Shown piece after piece: positions 21,940-32,764 of a DNA stretch of 64,000 nt. The DNA comes from Cyanophyceae cyanobacterium. Lineage in GTDB: Bacteria; Cyanobacteriota; Cyanobacteriia; Cyanobacteriales; JBHJGN01. How positions within the stretch are numbered: position 1 is the stretch's first letter; each line of letters opens with the position of its first letter. Both the position numbers and the translations under genes were made by a program. Under the pieces are notes generated by a model, which saw only the letters and a program-made list of their open reading frames with translations, had not been told where the DNA came from and searched no databases. Where the stretch lies: NCBI GenBank assembly GCA_050331735.1, contig JBHJGN010000022.1, positions 64,001 through 128,000 on the forward strand. The letters are read 5' to 3'.

Positions 21940-22176
21940 CCAGTGACCAAACTGCCTAGCTGATTCGATCACTGGTCACTGATAATATGAAATTGCTTAA
22001 TATTTGCTACAGATGGTAGTCAAGAGGCAGAGGGCAGGAGGCAGGAGAGTGAGAAACAATGCTACAGATGCATTTTTTCTTCTATTTCATACAACTCTGT
22101 CCTCACCACATCGTCTTTACTGTTCGCTATTGCCCCTTTCCCCTTTCCCTTTCCCCATCGCGCAGCGACAGAGCCA

Positions 22177-23577
22177 ATGTTACCAATTAGCTATAGCTGG
22201 AAGGCAGCGCGTAAAGCGCTCGATAACTCGATCATCTACTATCGCGGGCAGCCAGTCGGAACGATCGCTGCTCTCGACTCCTCTTTGGGTGAGCTAAACT
22301 ACAGTCACTGCTTTGTGCGAGACTTTGCGGTTTCTGCCTTGGCGTTTCTAACCGAGGGAGAAACGGAGATTGTGCGCCACTTTCTCACGGAAGTTTTACA
22401 CTTGCAAAGCCGTCAAAAGCGCATGGATTGCTTTCAGGCTGGACGAGGAGTGATGCCAGCAAGCTTTAAGGTAGAGACGTTGCTTGGAACAGAAGAGTTA
22501 ACGGCGGACTTCGGCGAACACGCGATCGCCCGCGTGACTCCGGTAGATTCGGTATTTTGGTGGCTGCTGATCCTACGGGCCTACGTTAGAGCGACGGGGC
22601 ATCTCAGTTTTGCCCAGCAGCCCGAGGTTCAGCAGGGCATCCGGCTAATTTTAGATCTGTGCTTGACCACAAGGTTCGATCTGTTTCCGACGCTCTTTGT
22701 TCCTGATGGCTCATTCACCATCGATCGGCGGATGGGAGTTGACGGTCATCCGTTAGATATTCAGGTTTTGTTTGCAGTGGCCCTGCAAACGTCCCAGGAA
22801 TTCCTGTTGCCCACGCCAGAAAACGCCGTTTATCGGCAAGCGGTTCGTGATCGCCTGGGTCATCTAGTTTATCACCTGCGCCAGTATTATTGGCTCGATC
22901 GCCACCGACTGAACGAGATTTACCGCTATCGGGTGGAAGAGTTTGGCGAGACAGCCGTCAACAAGTTTAATATTTACCCTGAAACCATTCCCGACTGGCT
23001 CACCGACTGGCTGCGAGAGGGCAACGGTTATTTTGTGGGCAATCTTGGTTCAGGACGAATCGACTATCGCTTTTTTACTCAAGGCAACCTGCTGGCGGTG
23101 CTTACTGCTGTCGCCACCGAACAGCAGTCGGAAGCAATTATGAACACCATTGAGCATCACTGGTCAGAGCTGATCGCAGATATGCCGATGAAGCTCTGTT
23201 TTCCGGCCTTAGAAGCGCAAGAGTGGCAAATCGTGACGGGTTCAGATCCTAAAAATAGTCCCTGGTCTTACCATAATGGGGGAAGCTGGCCCTTTTTGCT
23301 GTGGCTCCTAGCAGCCGCCGCTCAAAAGACGGGCCGAGTTTCTCTAGCACAGCAGGCCCTCGCCATTGCTGAAACCCGTCTGCTAGAAGACCAGTGGCCC
23401 GAGTATTACGACGGCAAACACGGTAGTTTAATCGGCAAACAGGCTCGGCTCTTCCAAACCTGGACCATTGCCGGTGCGCTCGCTGCCCGCAACTTTCTAG
23501 ATAACCCAAACCACCTAGCCTTAATTAATCACGACCGGGCGATCGCCGTTTCTTCCTGTTCGCTCCCTGTCAAGTAG
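22177..23577 (+). CDS. Alkaline/neutral invertase (GH100)
   Basis: FVRDF, MPASFKV, ADFGEHAIARVTPVDS, SYHNGGSWP, WPEYYDG, QTWTIAG. Confidence 0.93.
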   Translation: MLPISYSWKAARKALDNSIIYYRGQPVGTIAALDSSLGELNYSHCFVRDFAVSALAFLTEGETEIVRHFLTEVLHLQSRQKRMDCFQAGRGVMPASFKVETLLGTEELTADFGEHAIARVTPVDSVFWWLLILRAYVRATGHLSFAQQPEVQQGIRLILDLCLTTRFDLFPTLFVPDGSFTIDRRMGVDGHPLDIQVLFAVALQTSQEFLLPTPENAVYRQAVRDRLGHLVYHLRQYYWLDRHRLNEIYRYRVEEFGETAVNKFNIYPETIPDWLTDWLREGNGYFVGNLGSGRIDYRFFTQGNLLAVLTAVATEQQSEAIMNTIEHHWSELIADMPMKLCFPALEAQEWQIVTGSDPKNSPWSYHNGGSWPFLLWLLAAAAQKTGRVSLAQQALAIAETRLLEDQWPEYYDGKHGSLIGKQARLFQTWTIAGALAARNFLDNPNHLALINHDRAIAVSSCSLPVK

Positions 23578-23703
23578 GGGGAAGGGGAAAATTGTCCCTC
23601 CGGAACGGGGAAAGAACACAGAGTTTAGGAACAAGCTGTGGAATTCATTCCTTTTCCTTTTCCCTTTTCCCTCGCCTCCGGCGCTTCCCGTCGCGAAGCG
23701 ACT
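23577..23703. repeat. Composite palindromic intergenic element between convergent genes
   Basis: Purine tract, AAGAACACAG core, pyrimidine tract, GTCGC-GAA-GCGAC. Confidence 0.7.
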
Positions 23704-23704
23704 T

Positions 23705-24751
23705 TTAGCTTCCTCTAAAACCATTCACCACTTCCATGTGCTTGGCCATAGAAAAGCGAGTTGAATTCATTTTGGTATCGGTATGATTCAGATTGCCAAC
23801 TAGAGTCAGGAGGATTCCGACTAAAATAACGCTTCCCCCTAGGTACTGAGCCATCGTCGGGACTTCCCCTAGAATAACGTATGCCATAGCGATCGCGGCG
23901 ATCGGATTAAACGAGGTGGCAATGGCCACTTCCATGCTGGTGGCATTTCTTAAACCAGCAAACCAGCAAACCTGACCAGCGACGACGATAATGCCACTAT
24001 ACACAATCATCCACAGCCACAGAAACGGCGAGAGCGCCCCTGCAAAATGCGCTAGACCGTAGATATAGTAGGCAAGCACAAAAAAGACAATTGTTCCGAG
24101 AAAAGTCCGATAAAGACTAAAGAACCCGACAGAAATCCGCTGCAAATGAGTTTTGCTGAGAACTGTCGCTACCGCTAAAGCCAGAGCGCCCGCCGCCGCC
24201 TGCAATTCCCCACGACCAATAGCGGTTCCTCCCATCATTGAATGAGCTGGCTGGACCATCTCTGCATTAGTTAGCAAGGCAGTTGTCGCCACGCCTGTAA
24301 ACGCCAGTCCTGACCCTACAGCCGTCCAAATGTTAACCCGCGTCTTCAGCAGTAAATAGCTGAGCACGAGAGTGAGCGGAGGCTCAACTCTGCCAATCAA
24401 CACCACATTTGTAACGGTTGTGTTATCTAAAGCCGCAAAAATCAATGCCGGACCAATCGCCCCAGATAGAATCCCAATCACCGTTAGGCCAAACCAGCGG
24501 CGCGCAGAAAGCTGTTTAAGAGACTGCCAATTCTCTTGACGGGAAAACAGCAGGCTCATCACGGCAAAAGCACAGATATTTCCAATGAACAAAACATTAC
24601 AAACAGAAATCGGATTTGTTCCATCTACAAAGTTCTGTTCGCCAATTTCCGTTAGCTTGCGGATAACGCTGGCAGAAGCGGCAAAAATAATATTTGCTAT
24701 CCATAGATAAGCCAAACTGGGAATTTCTACTGAAAGCTTGCCTAACATCAC
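23705..24751 (-). CDS. EamA/DMT-family transporter
   Basis: About 10 TM helices, two EamA-like repeats (ILGEVPT..QYLGG). Confidence 0.88.
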   Translation of the reverse strand: MMLGKLSVEIPSLAYLWIANIIFAASASVIRKLTEIGEQNFVDGTNPISVCNVLFIGNICAFAVMSLLFSRQENWQSLKQLSARRWFGLTVIGILSGAIGPALIFAALDNTTVTNVVLIGRVEPPLTLVLSYLLLKTRVNIWTAVGSGLAFTGVATTALLTNAEMVQPAHSMMGGTAIGRGELQAAAGALALAVATVLSKTHLQRISVGFFSLYRTFLGTIVFFVLAYYIYGLAHFAGALSPFLWLWMIVYSGIIVVAGQVCWFAGLRNATSMEVAIATSFNPIAAIAMAYVILGEVPTMAQYLGGSVILVGILLTLVGNLNHTDTKMNSTRFSMAKHMEVVNGFRGS

Positions 24752-25214
24752 TCGTTATTTGTATTAATAGTTGCCTGTGTTTTATTTTGCTATGTTCAGA
24801 CTTTAGAGTGGCACTATTTTAGATTTTTGACCAGGGAAGTTTAAGGCTTTAAACAAGCACCCATTAGCTTACTCTCTGCATCAGCCCCTAAAAATGCAGC
24901 AATTTTGTGATAATAAACTATCGTTGGCAATTTTCCTCTCAAGCTAATGCTATTTCTCAATATAGATACTACACCAATAGAGAATTCTGTGACCTTTACC
25001 CCTTCCCCCTTCCCCTTTTCCCTGACTACACATCTGTAGCTTGACTTGCCAGAAATGGCATAAAACCCACCAATAATTAACAATTAATCATCAGCAATTC
25101 TCCTAACTTCTTAGTTAAATTCCCAAATATAGCTAGCAAAGATTTAATAAATCGACATAATGAATCGCTAGGAACACCATCCTAATAGTAAGGGCAACTT
25201 AATCAGGAGAAGCC

Positions 25215-25727
25215 ATGAATCCCAGACAATTGTTTCGACCCGGTATTGCTTCCTCAGTCGTTGTTTTAGCGGCATTAGTCGGTGCTGCGGCTAGCTTTGA
25301 AAGCGTCTCTCAAGCTCAGCCTAACGAAACCGTTATCGAGCTTGCTCAGAGCGCTGCTGAAGAGATTATGGAGGGAACTTTTGTAGCAGCAGAAGCGCCA
25401 ACCACTGGCAATGTTAGCATCGTCAACGAAAACGGCACTCGCTATTTGGTCATTGATTCGGCTTTTAGCACGACCGATCAGGCCCCCGATCTGCATGTTT
25501 TGTTAGATACAGTAGAGCAACCACCACAACAGTATACAGAAGCTGAAGCGGGAAGATATATCAATCTCGGCGGACTTCAAAATACTATGGGCGAGCAGCG
25601 CTATCCCATTCCCAATGCGGTAGAGCTTTCTCAGATTAAATCTGTCGTTGTTTGGTGTCGCATGGCCAACGCCACTATGGGGTATGCCACTCTCAACGAG
25701 AGCGCGACAGCAAGCGTTCCTCAGTAA
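25215..25727 (+). CDS. Exported DM13-domain protein
   Basis: Signal peptide; APDLHVLL, GEQRYPIP, SVVVWC; AGGAG RBS. Confidence 0.85.
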   Translation: MNPRQLFRPGIASSVVVLAALVGAAASFESVSQAQPNETVIELAQSAAEEIMEGTFVAAEAPTTGNVSIVNENGTRYLVIDSAFSTTDQAPDLHVLLDTVEQPPQQYTEAEAGRYINLGGLQNTMGEQRYPIPNAVELSQIKSVVVWCRMANATMGYATLNESATASVPQ

Positions 25728-26028
25728 AGTTACTTCGTGACGGGGAAAGGGAAAACATTCCTGATGGAGTGATGACAGTCTAGGTTGAACCAATTTGGAA
25801 TTGACGCAGCCATCGAACAGCGCTCCGTCGTCTTACGGTGAGGTCTCTCTAACCGTTAACGACCCACGACTAACCTCTATTCACCCTATCCATAGTCAAG
25901 TCTCTACATAATCGGGGAGAGACAAAAATCAGTACTCAACCTTTCCCCTTTCCCCCTTACCCTTTTCCCGATTCTTTTCGCCTTCGGCTATTCCTTCACT
26001 GACAACATCATTAGCAGGTCTCAAAGAC

Positions 26029-26766
26029 ATGAAGAAATTTCTGGAAGTTTTACCAGACAAAGAAACCCTGATTCAGCGATCGCTCGAGGTCGTTGTACAG
26101 AAAATCCGCTTAGCCATTGAGGAGCGTTCTGTTTGTACCCTTTCCCTAGCCGGAGGCAGTACCCCAAAACCGCTCTATGAAGCTCTAGCCGAGCAAACCC
26201 TGCCCTGGGAGAAACTTCAGGTATTTTGGGGAGACGAGCGCTATGTTCCGGTGAGTAGTCCCCAAAGCAATCAGAGAATGGTGCGTCAGGCGTGGCTCGA
26301 TCGAGTATCCATCCCCGAAGCCAACGTTCATCCCATGCCGACAGGGGCAGGAGATCCGAGCGAGGATGCTGCTACCTACGAAGCGAAGCTGCGGCAAGTT
26401 TTTGGAACGACGGCCATTCCTACTTTCGACATTGTTCTCTTAGGAGTTGGGGACGATGGCCATACGGCCTCTCTGTTTCCCCATACCGATGCTTTAAAGG
26501 TCCGCGATCGCCTCGTCACGGTGGGCAAGAAGGATGGTGAACCGCGCCTCTCGTTTACGGTTCCCCTGATCAACAGCGCTCGCTGCGTCATTTTTCTAGC
26601 AGCAGGAGAGAATAAACAACAGGCCCTCGCTCAGATTCACGGAGCCGCCGCCGATGCCATGACCTACCCGGCTCGTTTGATTCAGCCTCAAGGAGAACTC
26701 TGGTGGCTACTCGATCGGGGGGCTGGAGCAGAATTTATTCAGAAGGCAGGAGCAGCCTACGTTTAA
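26029..26766 (+). CDS. pgl: 6-phosphogluconolactonase
   Basis: LAGGSTP, FWGDERYVP, LLGVGDDGHTASLFP. Confidence 0.95.
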   Translation: MKKFLEVLPDKETLIQRSLEVVVQKIRLAIEERSVCTLSLAGGSTPKPLYEALAEQTLPWEKLQVFWGDERYVPVSSPQSNQRMVRQAWLDRVSIPEANVHPMPTGAGDPSEDAATYEAKLRQVFGTTAIPTFDIVLLGVGDDGHTASLFPHTDALKVRDRLVTVGKKDGEPRLSFTVPLINSARCVIFLAAGENKQQALAQIHGAAADAMTYPARLIQPQGELWWLLDRGAGAEFIQKAGAAYV

Positions 26767-27023
26767 CAACGTGGGATTGACAGCTAAGATTGATGGTTGC
26801 GAGGTGAGCCTCGGACCACAAACCAGGAATCGCGGCAGTCACAAGTTACAGGTCTGTGAGGAAGATGATGCTCTTAACCACCAAAGTGAGAGGCTTCCGC
26901 TAATTTCTAATTTAAGTTCCTAAACACCGCTGGCAAAAGTTTTCAAAGAGCACATAATAGGTCATTAAATGAGTCATCAAATCAAATGGCTCGATACGGT
27001 AAGCACTGTGAGCTAATGGCAGT

Positions 27024-28079
27024 ATGCCACCTCTCTTGAAGACTTGTCGTCTAGACTGCCCTAAGCAAATTCAGAGGCGTTTTCTAGCCGCAGCTTCCAG
27101 CTATTCAACGACCCCCTGTCTGTCGGAGGAGGCTCTGCTCGTCTTGTTGAGCCAGCTCTATTTCAACCCCAAGTTAAGTAAGGTAGAAATCGTGGAATCA
27201 AGATCATTTACTGTCAAAGCTCCTTGTCGTCCTCAAAGTGGCGATCGCTTTGGGTCTTCTTACCCGAAGCAGCCGTTTATATCCTCTCCTACCCCAGAGT
27301 CGGCAATAGGTCAGGAGCTCAGTCAACTCGCCGAGATTGGAGCCAGAGCCGCCGCCCTCGTTCATGAAATGCGGAATCCGCTGACGACGATCTTGATGGG
27401 CCTTACGTCTCTTCAGAAAACCGAGCAGCCAGAACCAGTCGAGACGCGATTGAGTCTCGCCCTAGAAGAGGCAGAGCGACTTCAGCGCTTAATCGACGAA
27501 ATTTCGCTGTATGCAAAGCCCTTGGTCGTTCAGCGTCACGAGCTAGAGCTGAACAGTTTGAGTCAAGAAATGCTCGCGAGCCTCACACTTCCTGAGTCGC
27601 TGGAGCGCAAAATTAATTTTATCGGGACGAGCTGTGCTGTTTGGATCAAAGGCGATCGCGACAAGCTGAAGCAAGTCTTTATCAACTTATTGACCAATGC
27701 CTGTGAGGCTATTTCCTCCCGCGAAGTTGTTACCTTAACCCTGAATCCACAGCCAGCCAATAATTTAGTGTGGGTTCGTCTCCACAATGGCGGACGACCG
27801 ATTCGGCCAGAGGTGTTAGCTCAGCTCACGCAGCCGTTTTTTACCACCAAATCCAACGGAAACGGCCTTGGATTAGCGATTGTAAAGCACATTGTCGAGG
27901 CTCATGGCGGTCAATTGGTCATCAAGTCCTCCGGCGCTGGCACAACCGTCAGCGTTGGTTTCCCCATCACTCGGCTCATTCCCGAAGAAGACAGAAGCAG
28001 ACCGCTCCGCAGAAGACTCTATCGGCAAAATGTCACGGTACTTGATAAGTCCGCACAAAAGCTCCAGAAAAGTCTATAA
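27024..28079 (+). CDS. Histidine kinase (HisKA + HATPase_c), no recognisable sensor domain
   Basis: VHEMRNPLT H-box, QVFINLLTNACEA, PFFTTK, GNGLGL; true start uncertain. Confidence 0.85.
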   Translation: MPPLLKTCRLDCPKQIQRRFLAAASSYSTTPCLSEEALLVLLSQLYFNPKLSKVEIVESRSFTVKAPCRPQSGDRFGSSYPKQPFISSPTPESAIGQELSQLAEIGARAAALVHEMRNPLTTILMGLTSLQKTEQPEPVETRLSLALEEAERLQRLIDEISLYAKPLVVQRHELELNSLSQEMLASLTLPESLERKINFIGTSCAVWIKGDRDKLKQVFINLLTNACEAISSREVVTLTLNPQPANNLVWVRLHNGGRPIRPEVLAQLTQPFFTTKSNGNGLGLAIVKHIVEAHGGQLVIKSSGAGTTVSVGFPITRLIPEEDRSRPLRRRLYRQNVTVLDKSAQKLQKSL

Positions 28080-29190
28080 ATCTAAAGAAAATCTAACAAA
28101 GAGCGGTTTTGGGAAGAAACTGGGCCACAATAAATGTATTAATAAATACAAAACGGGGTCAGCCAGAATAAAGACCCTGAATATAGCTAAAACGAATACA
28201 TTTGCCAGAGCGCTAATTTCCTATTCAATAGGGGGTTAGCGCTTTTTGGCTAGCCAGTGAATTCCTGACTCTTGGCTAATTGTTACAAGAAATCAAAGTT
28301 TTGCTAACTTTCCGTAAAAACGGTGCTTTCTGGCTGAATAAAGGATAGAAATAGCCAAGTCAGACGAATTATGAAAAATTTAGCTGTGGCAGATATTTTC
28401 TATCTAGAGAAGCACCGCTGCCAACTTTCACAAGAAGCTTCACCAATATTTCCCAAAAAACTATTAGCAATCTCTAAAAGAATGTGTTCTTCCATACAAG
28501 TTGCTTCCCAATCGAGCCACTAATAGCGCAGTAGTAAAGCCTAAACAACACTCAATAAACCGCTGTCAAACAGGAGCGCAACCTGTTGTCAAGCGCTAGT
28601 GACCGCTAGCGAAACAACTAGCTAATTCAAGGAATAGACTGCGGTATTTATTCAAAAATAACAGGTTCAAACTTGTAGATTTAGCGATCAGCTCTAAAAC
28701 GAGCTTTCTGTCCTAAATTTATCAGTTGACAAAAAAAAACTACACATCTATCGTAAGGATGATAGCTAAAGTACTTAGTTCCCTTAGTCCTTGTTTAGGG
28801 CTTCTCCAATGATTCTGCCAAAGCCAGAATATCGCTGTCGGGCTACGTTAGCCTGGCAAAAGTTGCTCAAGCGTCAATCTGACTCTAGATGGGACGCTCA
28901 GAAAAATTTCAGACAAAAAAATATTCATCGAGAAACTAGCAATTTACTTCGTTGAAGCATTGCTATACGTCATCGGGGTGATGAACACCCCATGAGGAGG
29001 CTTGGCGTGTTTTCCACATCAAGGCTTCACCAACAGGCGATCGCAGTTCTCCCAAGGACTGGGAAAATGCCAACAAGCAGGGGGAATTTTCCTCAAAGAG
29101 TTTTTTTGTGATGGGGATGGATGAGGAGTTTGAGAGAGCAAATCGGTCATCCAGAGTACAAGCAAAACAAGATCAGGAGGCAATCGGATT

Positions 29191-32100
29191 GTGGCTAAAA
29201 GAAGGCGGCGAGGAGTAGTACTGACTCCTGAAGGACTAGACAAGTTTCAGTCTGCCAGACTGAAATCTGAATCAGAACACAACTACGGCGAACGCTACAC
29301 TTACGAGAAGTTGAGCGAAATTACCTATTTAGATATCCACACTATTAAAAGAGTCCTGGATTGTCAAGAAGGAGTAGACAAGCGGACCCTCGAACGACTG
29401 TATATTAGCTTTGAGCTAGAACTCACCGAAGACTGCTACACCCAACCCAACCCCCATCGGCGGAGAAGCTGGGGCGAAGCGATGTGCGTCGCTACTTTTT
29501 ACGGGCGGACTGGGGAGCTATCTATTTTAGAAGGGTGGCTCCTCAAAGACCGCTGCCGAATCGTCACGCTATTAGGCATGGGGGGAGTCGGCAAAACCTG
29601 TTTGTCGGTGAAGCTGGCGAGACAGGTTCAGGAACGGTACGATTTGGTGTACTGGTGTAGTTTGAGAGATGCTCCGCCGGTAGAAGAAGTGCTCATAAAT
29701 GCTGTCGAGTTTCTCTCCGATGAGAAAGAAACAGCCGCAGATTTACCAGATAGCCTCAAGGGCAAGATTTCGCGGCTGATCGAGTATCTGCGGGAATCGC
29801 GCTGTTTGCTGGTGCTAGACAATATGGAGTCGATGCTCTGTAGCGGCAAACGAGCCGGACAGTTTCGCGAGGGGTATGAAGGGTATGGAGAGCTACTGCG
29901 GCGTCTTGGTGAAACCGAGCACCAGAGTAACATTCTGCTGACCTCAAGAGAAAAACCGAAGCAGGTGGCCTTTCTAGAGGGAGAGGAACTGCCTGTGCGG
30001 ACTTTCCGGGTTGGCGGCTTAGCCGAGGAAGCCGGAGAGGAACTGCTCAAGCTCAAGGGATTGTCGGGAACTGAGCCAGAGTATAGAGCTTTGATCGAGC
30101 ACTACGGCGGCAATCCTCTCGCCTTGAAGGTGGTGGCGACGACGATTCGCGATCTGTTTGCCGGAGATATTGGTGACTTTTTAGCCCACGAAACGGCGGT
30201 TTTTGGAGATATCCGTGACCTGTTGGATCAGCAGTTCGAGCGGCTTTCGGATGTTGAGAAGGAGATTGTCTACTGGCTGGCCATTAATCGGGAGTCGTCG
30301 ACCATTGCCGATGTACAGGAAGATATGGTTTCGGCTGTTCCTAAACAGTCTTTGCTAGAGGGGTTGGAGTCGCTATCGCGGCGGTCTTTGGTAGAGCGGG
30401 ATGCCTCGCGGTTTACGCTGCAAAACGTGGTCATGGAGTACGTGATTAACTGTTTTGTGGAGCGGGTTTGCCAGGAGATTGTTTCTTTGCAGCTCAAGTT
30501 ATTTCGCTATCATGCGGTGATTAAAGCGACAGCGAAGGACTACGTGAGGGAAACCCAAACGCGGCTGGTGCTTCAGCCAATTCTGGATGGGTTAACGGTT
30601 TTTTTTAAGTGTAAGCAGAACGTAGAGGGGGGGCTGAATAAGGTTTTATCTCTGTTGCGAGAGGGTCCGCCCTTGGAGATGGGGTATGCCGGGGGGAATG
30701 TGTTGAATTTGCTATGCCATTTAGGGACAGATCTGACAGGCTATGATTTTTCTAATTTGGCCGTGTGGCAGGCGGATTTGCGGTGTGTTTGTTTGCATGA
30801 CGTGAATTTCCAGAATGCGGATTTATCTAAGTCAGCGTTTGCCGAGGCATTTGGTGGGATTTGGTCAGTGGCTTTTAGCCCTGATGGGACGATTTTGGCT
30901 GTGGGAGATACTAAAGGCGAGATTCTTTTACGACAAGTAGAAAACGGTCGGCCAATTTGTAGCTTCAAAGGACACAATGGTTGGGTAGTCTCCCTGGCTT
31001 TTAGTCCTAATAGTAATACTTTGGCAAGTAGTAGCTGTGACTGTACAGCCAAGCTATGGGATATTAACACTGGTCAATGCCTTCATACTTTAAAAGAACA
31101 TACACAAGAAGTCTGGTCTGTGCTCTTTAGTCCCGATAGTAAAACTTTAGTAAGTGGGTGTGATGATAACAAAGTAAGACTATGGGATGTATCTACAGGC
31201 AAATGTTTCAAGGTTTTCCAGGGACATACAGATTGTGTGCTTTCGGTAGTCTTTAATTTAGATGGACGAGAAATACTAAGCGGAAGCCACGATAATACAA
31301 TTAGGCTCTGGGATATTGAGAGTGGGAAGTGCAAAAAAACTTTTCATGGGCACGATGATGGAGTACGATCTCTTGCTGTTAGTTCAGACGGTCAAACTTT
31401 TGCCAGTAGTAGTAACGATTGCACGATTAGACTTTGGAATATACAAACGGGTGAATGCCTCAAAGTTTTTCAGGGGCACACTAATGTAGTATTATCTGTC
31501 GATCTTTGCTTGCAGAGCAGTCTTCTAGCTAGTAGCAGTATCGACCAAACAGTAAGACTGTGGGATGTTGGCACAGGGGAATGTCTAAAAGTTTTTCACG
31601 GGCACTCTAATTACGTTAACTCAGTCGATTTTAGCCCGCAGAACAATTTTTTAGCTAGTGGTAGTCACGATCAGACAGTGCGACTGTGGAATACTAAGAC
31701 TTATCAATGCTTTAAAACTTTTCAGGGACACAACAGTCAAGCTCTTTCAGTTGTTTTCAGTCCAGATGGTCAGATGCTAGCCAGTGGCGGACACGACCAA
31801 AAGGTAAGGCTGTGGGATATTGGTATTGATCGAGCTATTAAAACACTTCACGAACATACCAATTGGGTTTGGTCAGTAGCTTTTAGCCCTCAAGGTAATC
31901 TTTTAGTTAGTGGTAGTGGTGACAGAACTGTAAGATTGTGGAATGTCAGTACGGGAAAGGCCATCAAAATATTTCAGGGTCATCAGGCTGTAGTTCGCTC
32001 AGTTGCTTTTAGTTCTGACAATTGTACCCTAGCCAGTGGTAGCGAAGATAAAACAATTAGACTCTGGGATATTAATACTAGTCAGACTTTAGGAGTTTTG

Positions 32101-32727
32101 CAGGGACATCAAGCTGAAATCTGGTCAATAGCCTTCAGTCCCGATGGCCAAATGTTGGCAAGTAGTTCCTTAGACGGAACGGCAAAGCTATGGGATGTCC
32201 ATACTGGTAGCTGTCTTAAAACTTTGGAAGGACACACAGCTTGGGTTTGGTCAGTAGCTTTTTGTCCAGATAACAAAACTTTAGCAACTACTAGCCCAGA
32301 TCAAACTTTAAGACTTTGGGATGTTGGTACTGGTGAGTGCAAAACAATTTTGCATGAGGATATAGGGTATTCACAGTTAGTTGCTTTTAGTAAAGATGGC
32401 CGGATAATAGCTAGCTGCAACCACAATCACAACATTAGATTGTGGAAGGTTAATACTAAAGAATGCTTCAAGGTATTGCCGGGTCATAAAGCTTTGATCA
32501 ATTCGATTGCATTTTGTCCTGACAATTACACTCTGGTTAGTAGCAGTGAAGATGAAACAATCAAATTCTGGAATATCAGAAGTGGAGACTGTATTAAAAC
32601 TTTGAAGATTGAGAAACCTTACGAAGATATGAATCTTATGGGAGTTACTGGTTTAACTGAAGCAGCCATAGATTCGCTCAAAGAACTCGGAGCAATTAGC
32701 AGCTTGCCAGATATAAGTTCGAAATAG
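29191..32727 (+). CDS. STAND protein: N-terminal HTH-like domain, NB-ARC, C-terminal WD40 repeats
   Basis: FYGR, Walker A GMGGVGKT, Walker B LLVLDN, LLTSRE, GNPLALK, pentapeptide linker, then about 14 GH...WD repeats. Confidence 0.93.
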   Translation: MAKRRRRGVVLTPEGLDKFQSARLKSESEHNYGERYTYEKLSEITYLDIHTIKRVLDCQEGVDKRTLERLYISFELELTEDCYTQPNPHRRRSWGEAMCVATFYGRTGELSILEGWLLKDRCRIVTLLGMGGVGKTCLSVKLARQVQERYDLVYWCSLRDAPPVEEVLINAVEFLSDEKETAADLPDSLKGKISRLIEYLRESRCLLVLDNMESMLCSGKRAGQFREGYEGYGELLRRLGETEHQSNILLTSREKPKQVAFLEGEELPVRTFRVGGLAEEAGEELLKLKGLSGTEPEYRALIEHYGGNPLALKVVATTIRDLFAGDIGDFLAHETAVFGDIRDLLDQQFERLSDVEKEIVYWLAINRESSTIADVQEDMVSAVPKQSLLEGLESLSRRSLVERDASRFTLQNVVMEYVINCFVERVCQEIVSLQLKLFRYHAVIKATAKDYVRETQTRLVLQPILDGLTVFFKCKQNVEGGLNKVLSLLREGPPLEMGYAGGNVLNLLCHLGTDLTGYDFSNLAVWQADLRCVCLHDVNFQNADLSKSAFAEAFGGIWSVAFSPDGTILAVGDTKGEILLRQVENGRPICSFKGHNGWVVSLAFSPNSNTLASSSCDCTAKLWDINTGQCLHTLKEHTQEVWSVLFSPDSKTLVSGCDDNKVRLWDVSTGKCFKVFQGHTDCVLSVVFNLDGREILSGSHDNTIRLWDIESGKCKKTFHGHDDGVRSLAVSSDGQTFASSSNDCTIRLWNIQTGECLKVFQGHTNVVLSVDLCLQSSLLASSSIDQTVRLWDVGTGECLKVFHGHSNYVNSVDFSPQNNFLASGSHDQTVRLWNTKTYQCFKTFQGHNSQALSVVFSPDGQMLASGGHDQKVRLWDIGIDRAIKTLHEHTNWVWSVAFSPQGNLLVSGSGDRTVRLWNVSTGKAIKIFQGHQAVVRSVAFSSDNCTLASGSEDKTIRLWDINTSQTLGVLQGHQAEIWSIAFSPDGQMLASSSLDGTAKLWDVHTGSCLKTLEGHTAWVWSVAFCPDNKTLATTSPDQTLRLWDVGTGECKTILHEDIGYSQLVAFSKDGRIIASCNHNHNIRLWKVNTKECFKVLPGHKALINSIAFCPDNYTLVSSSEDETIKFWNIRSGDCIKTLKIEKPYEDMNLMGVTGLTEAAIDSLKELGAISSLPDISSK

Positions 32728-32764
32728 AGGTTGCAAATTAACAAGATAAGCAAATTACAATAGG

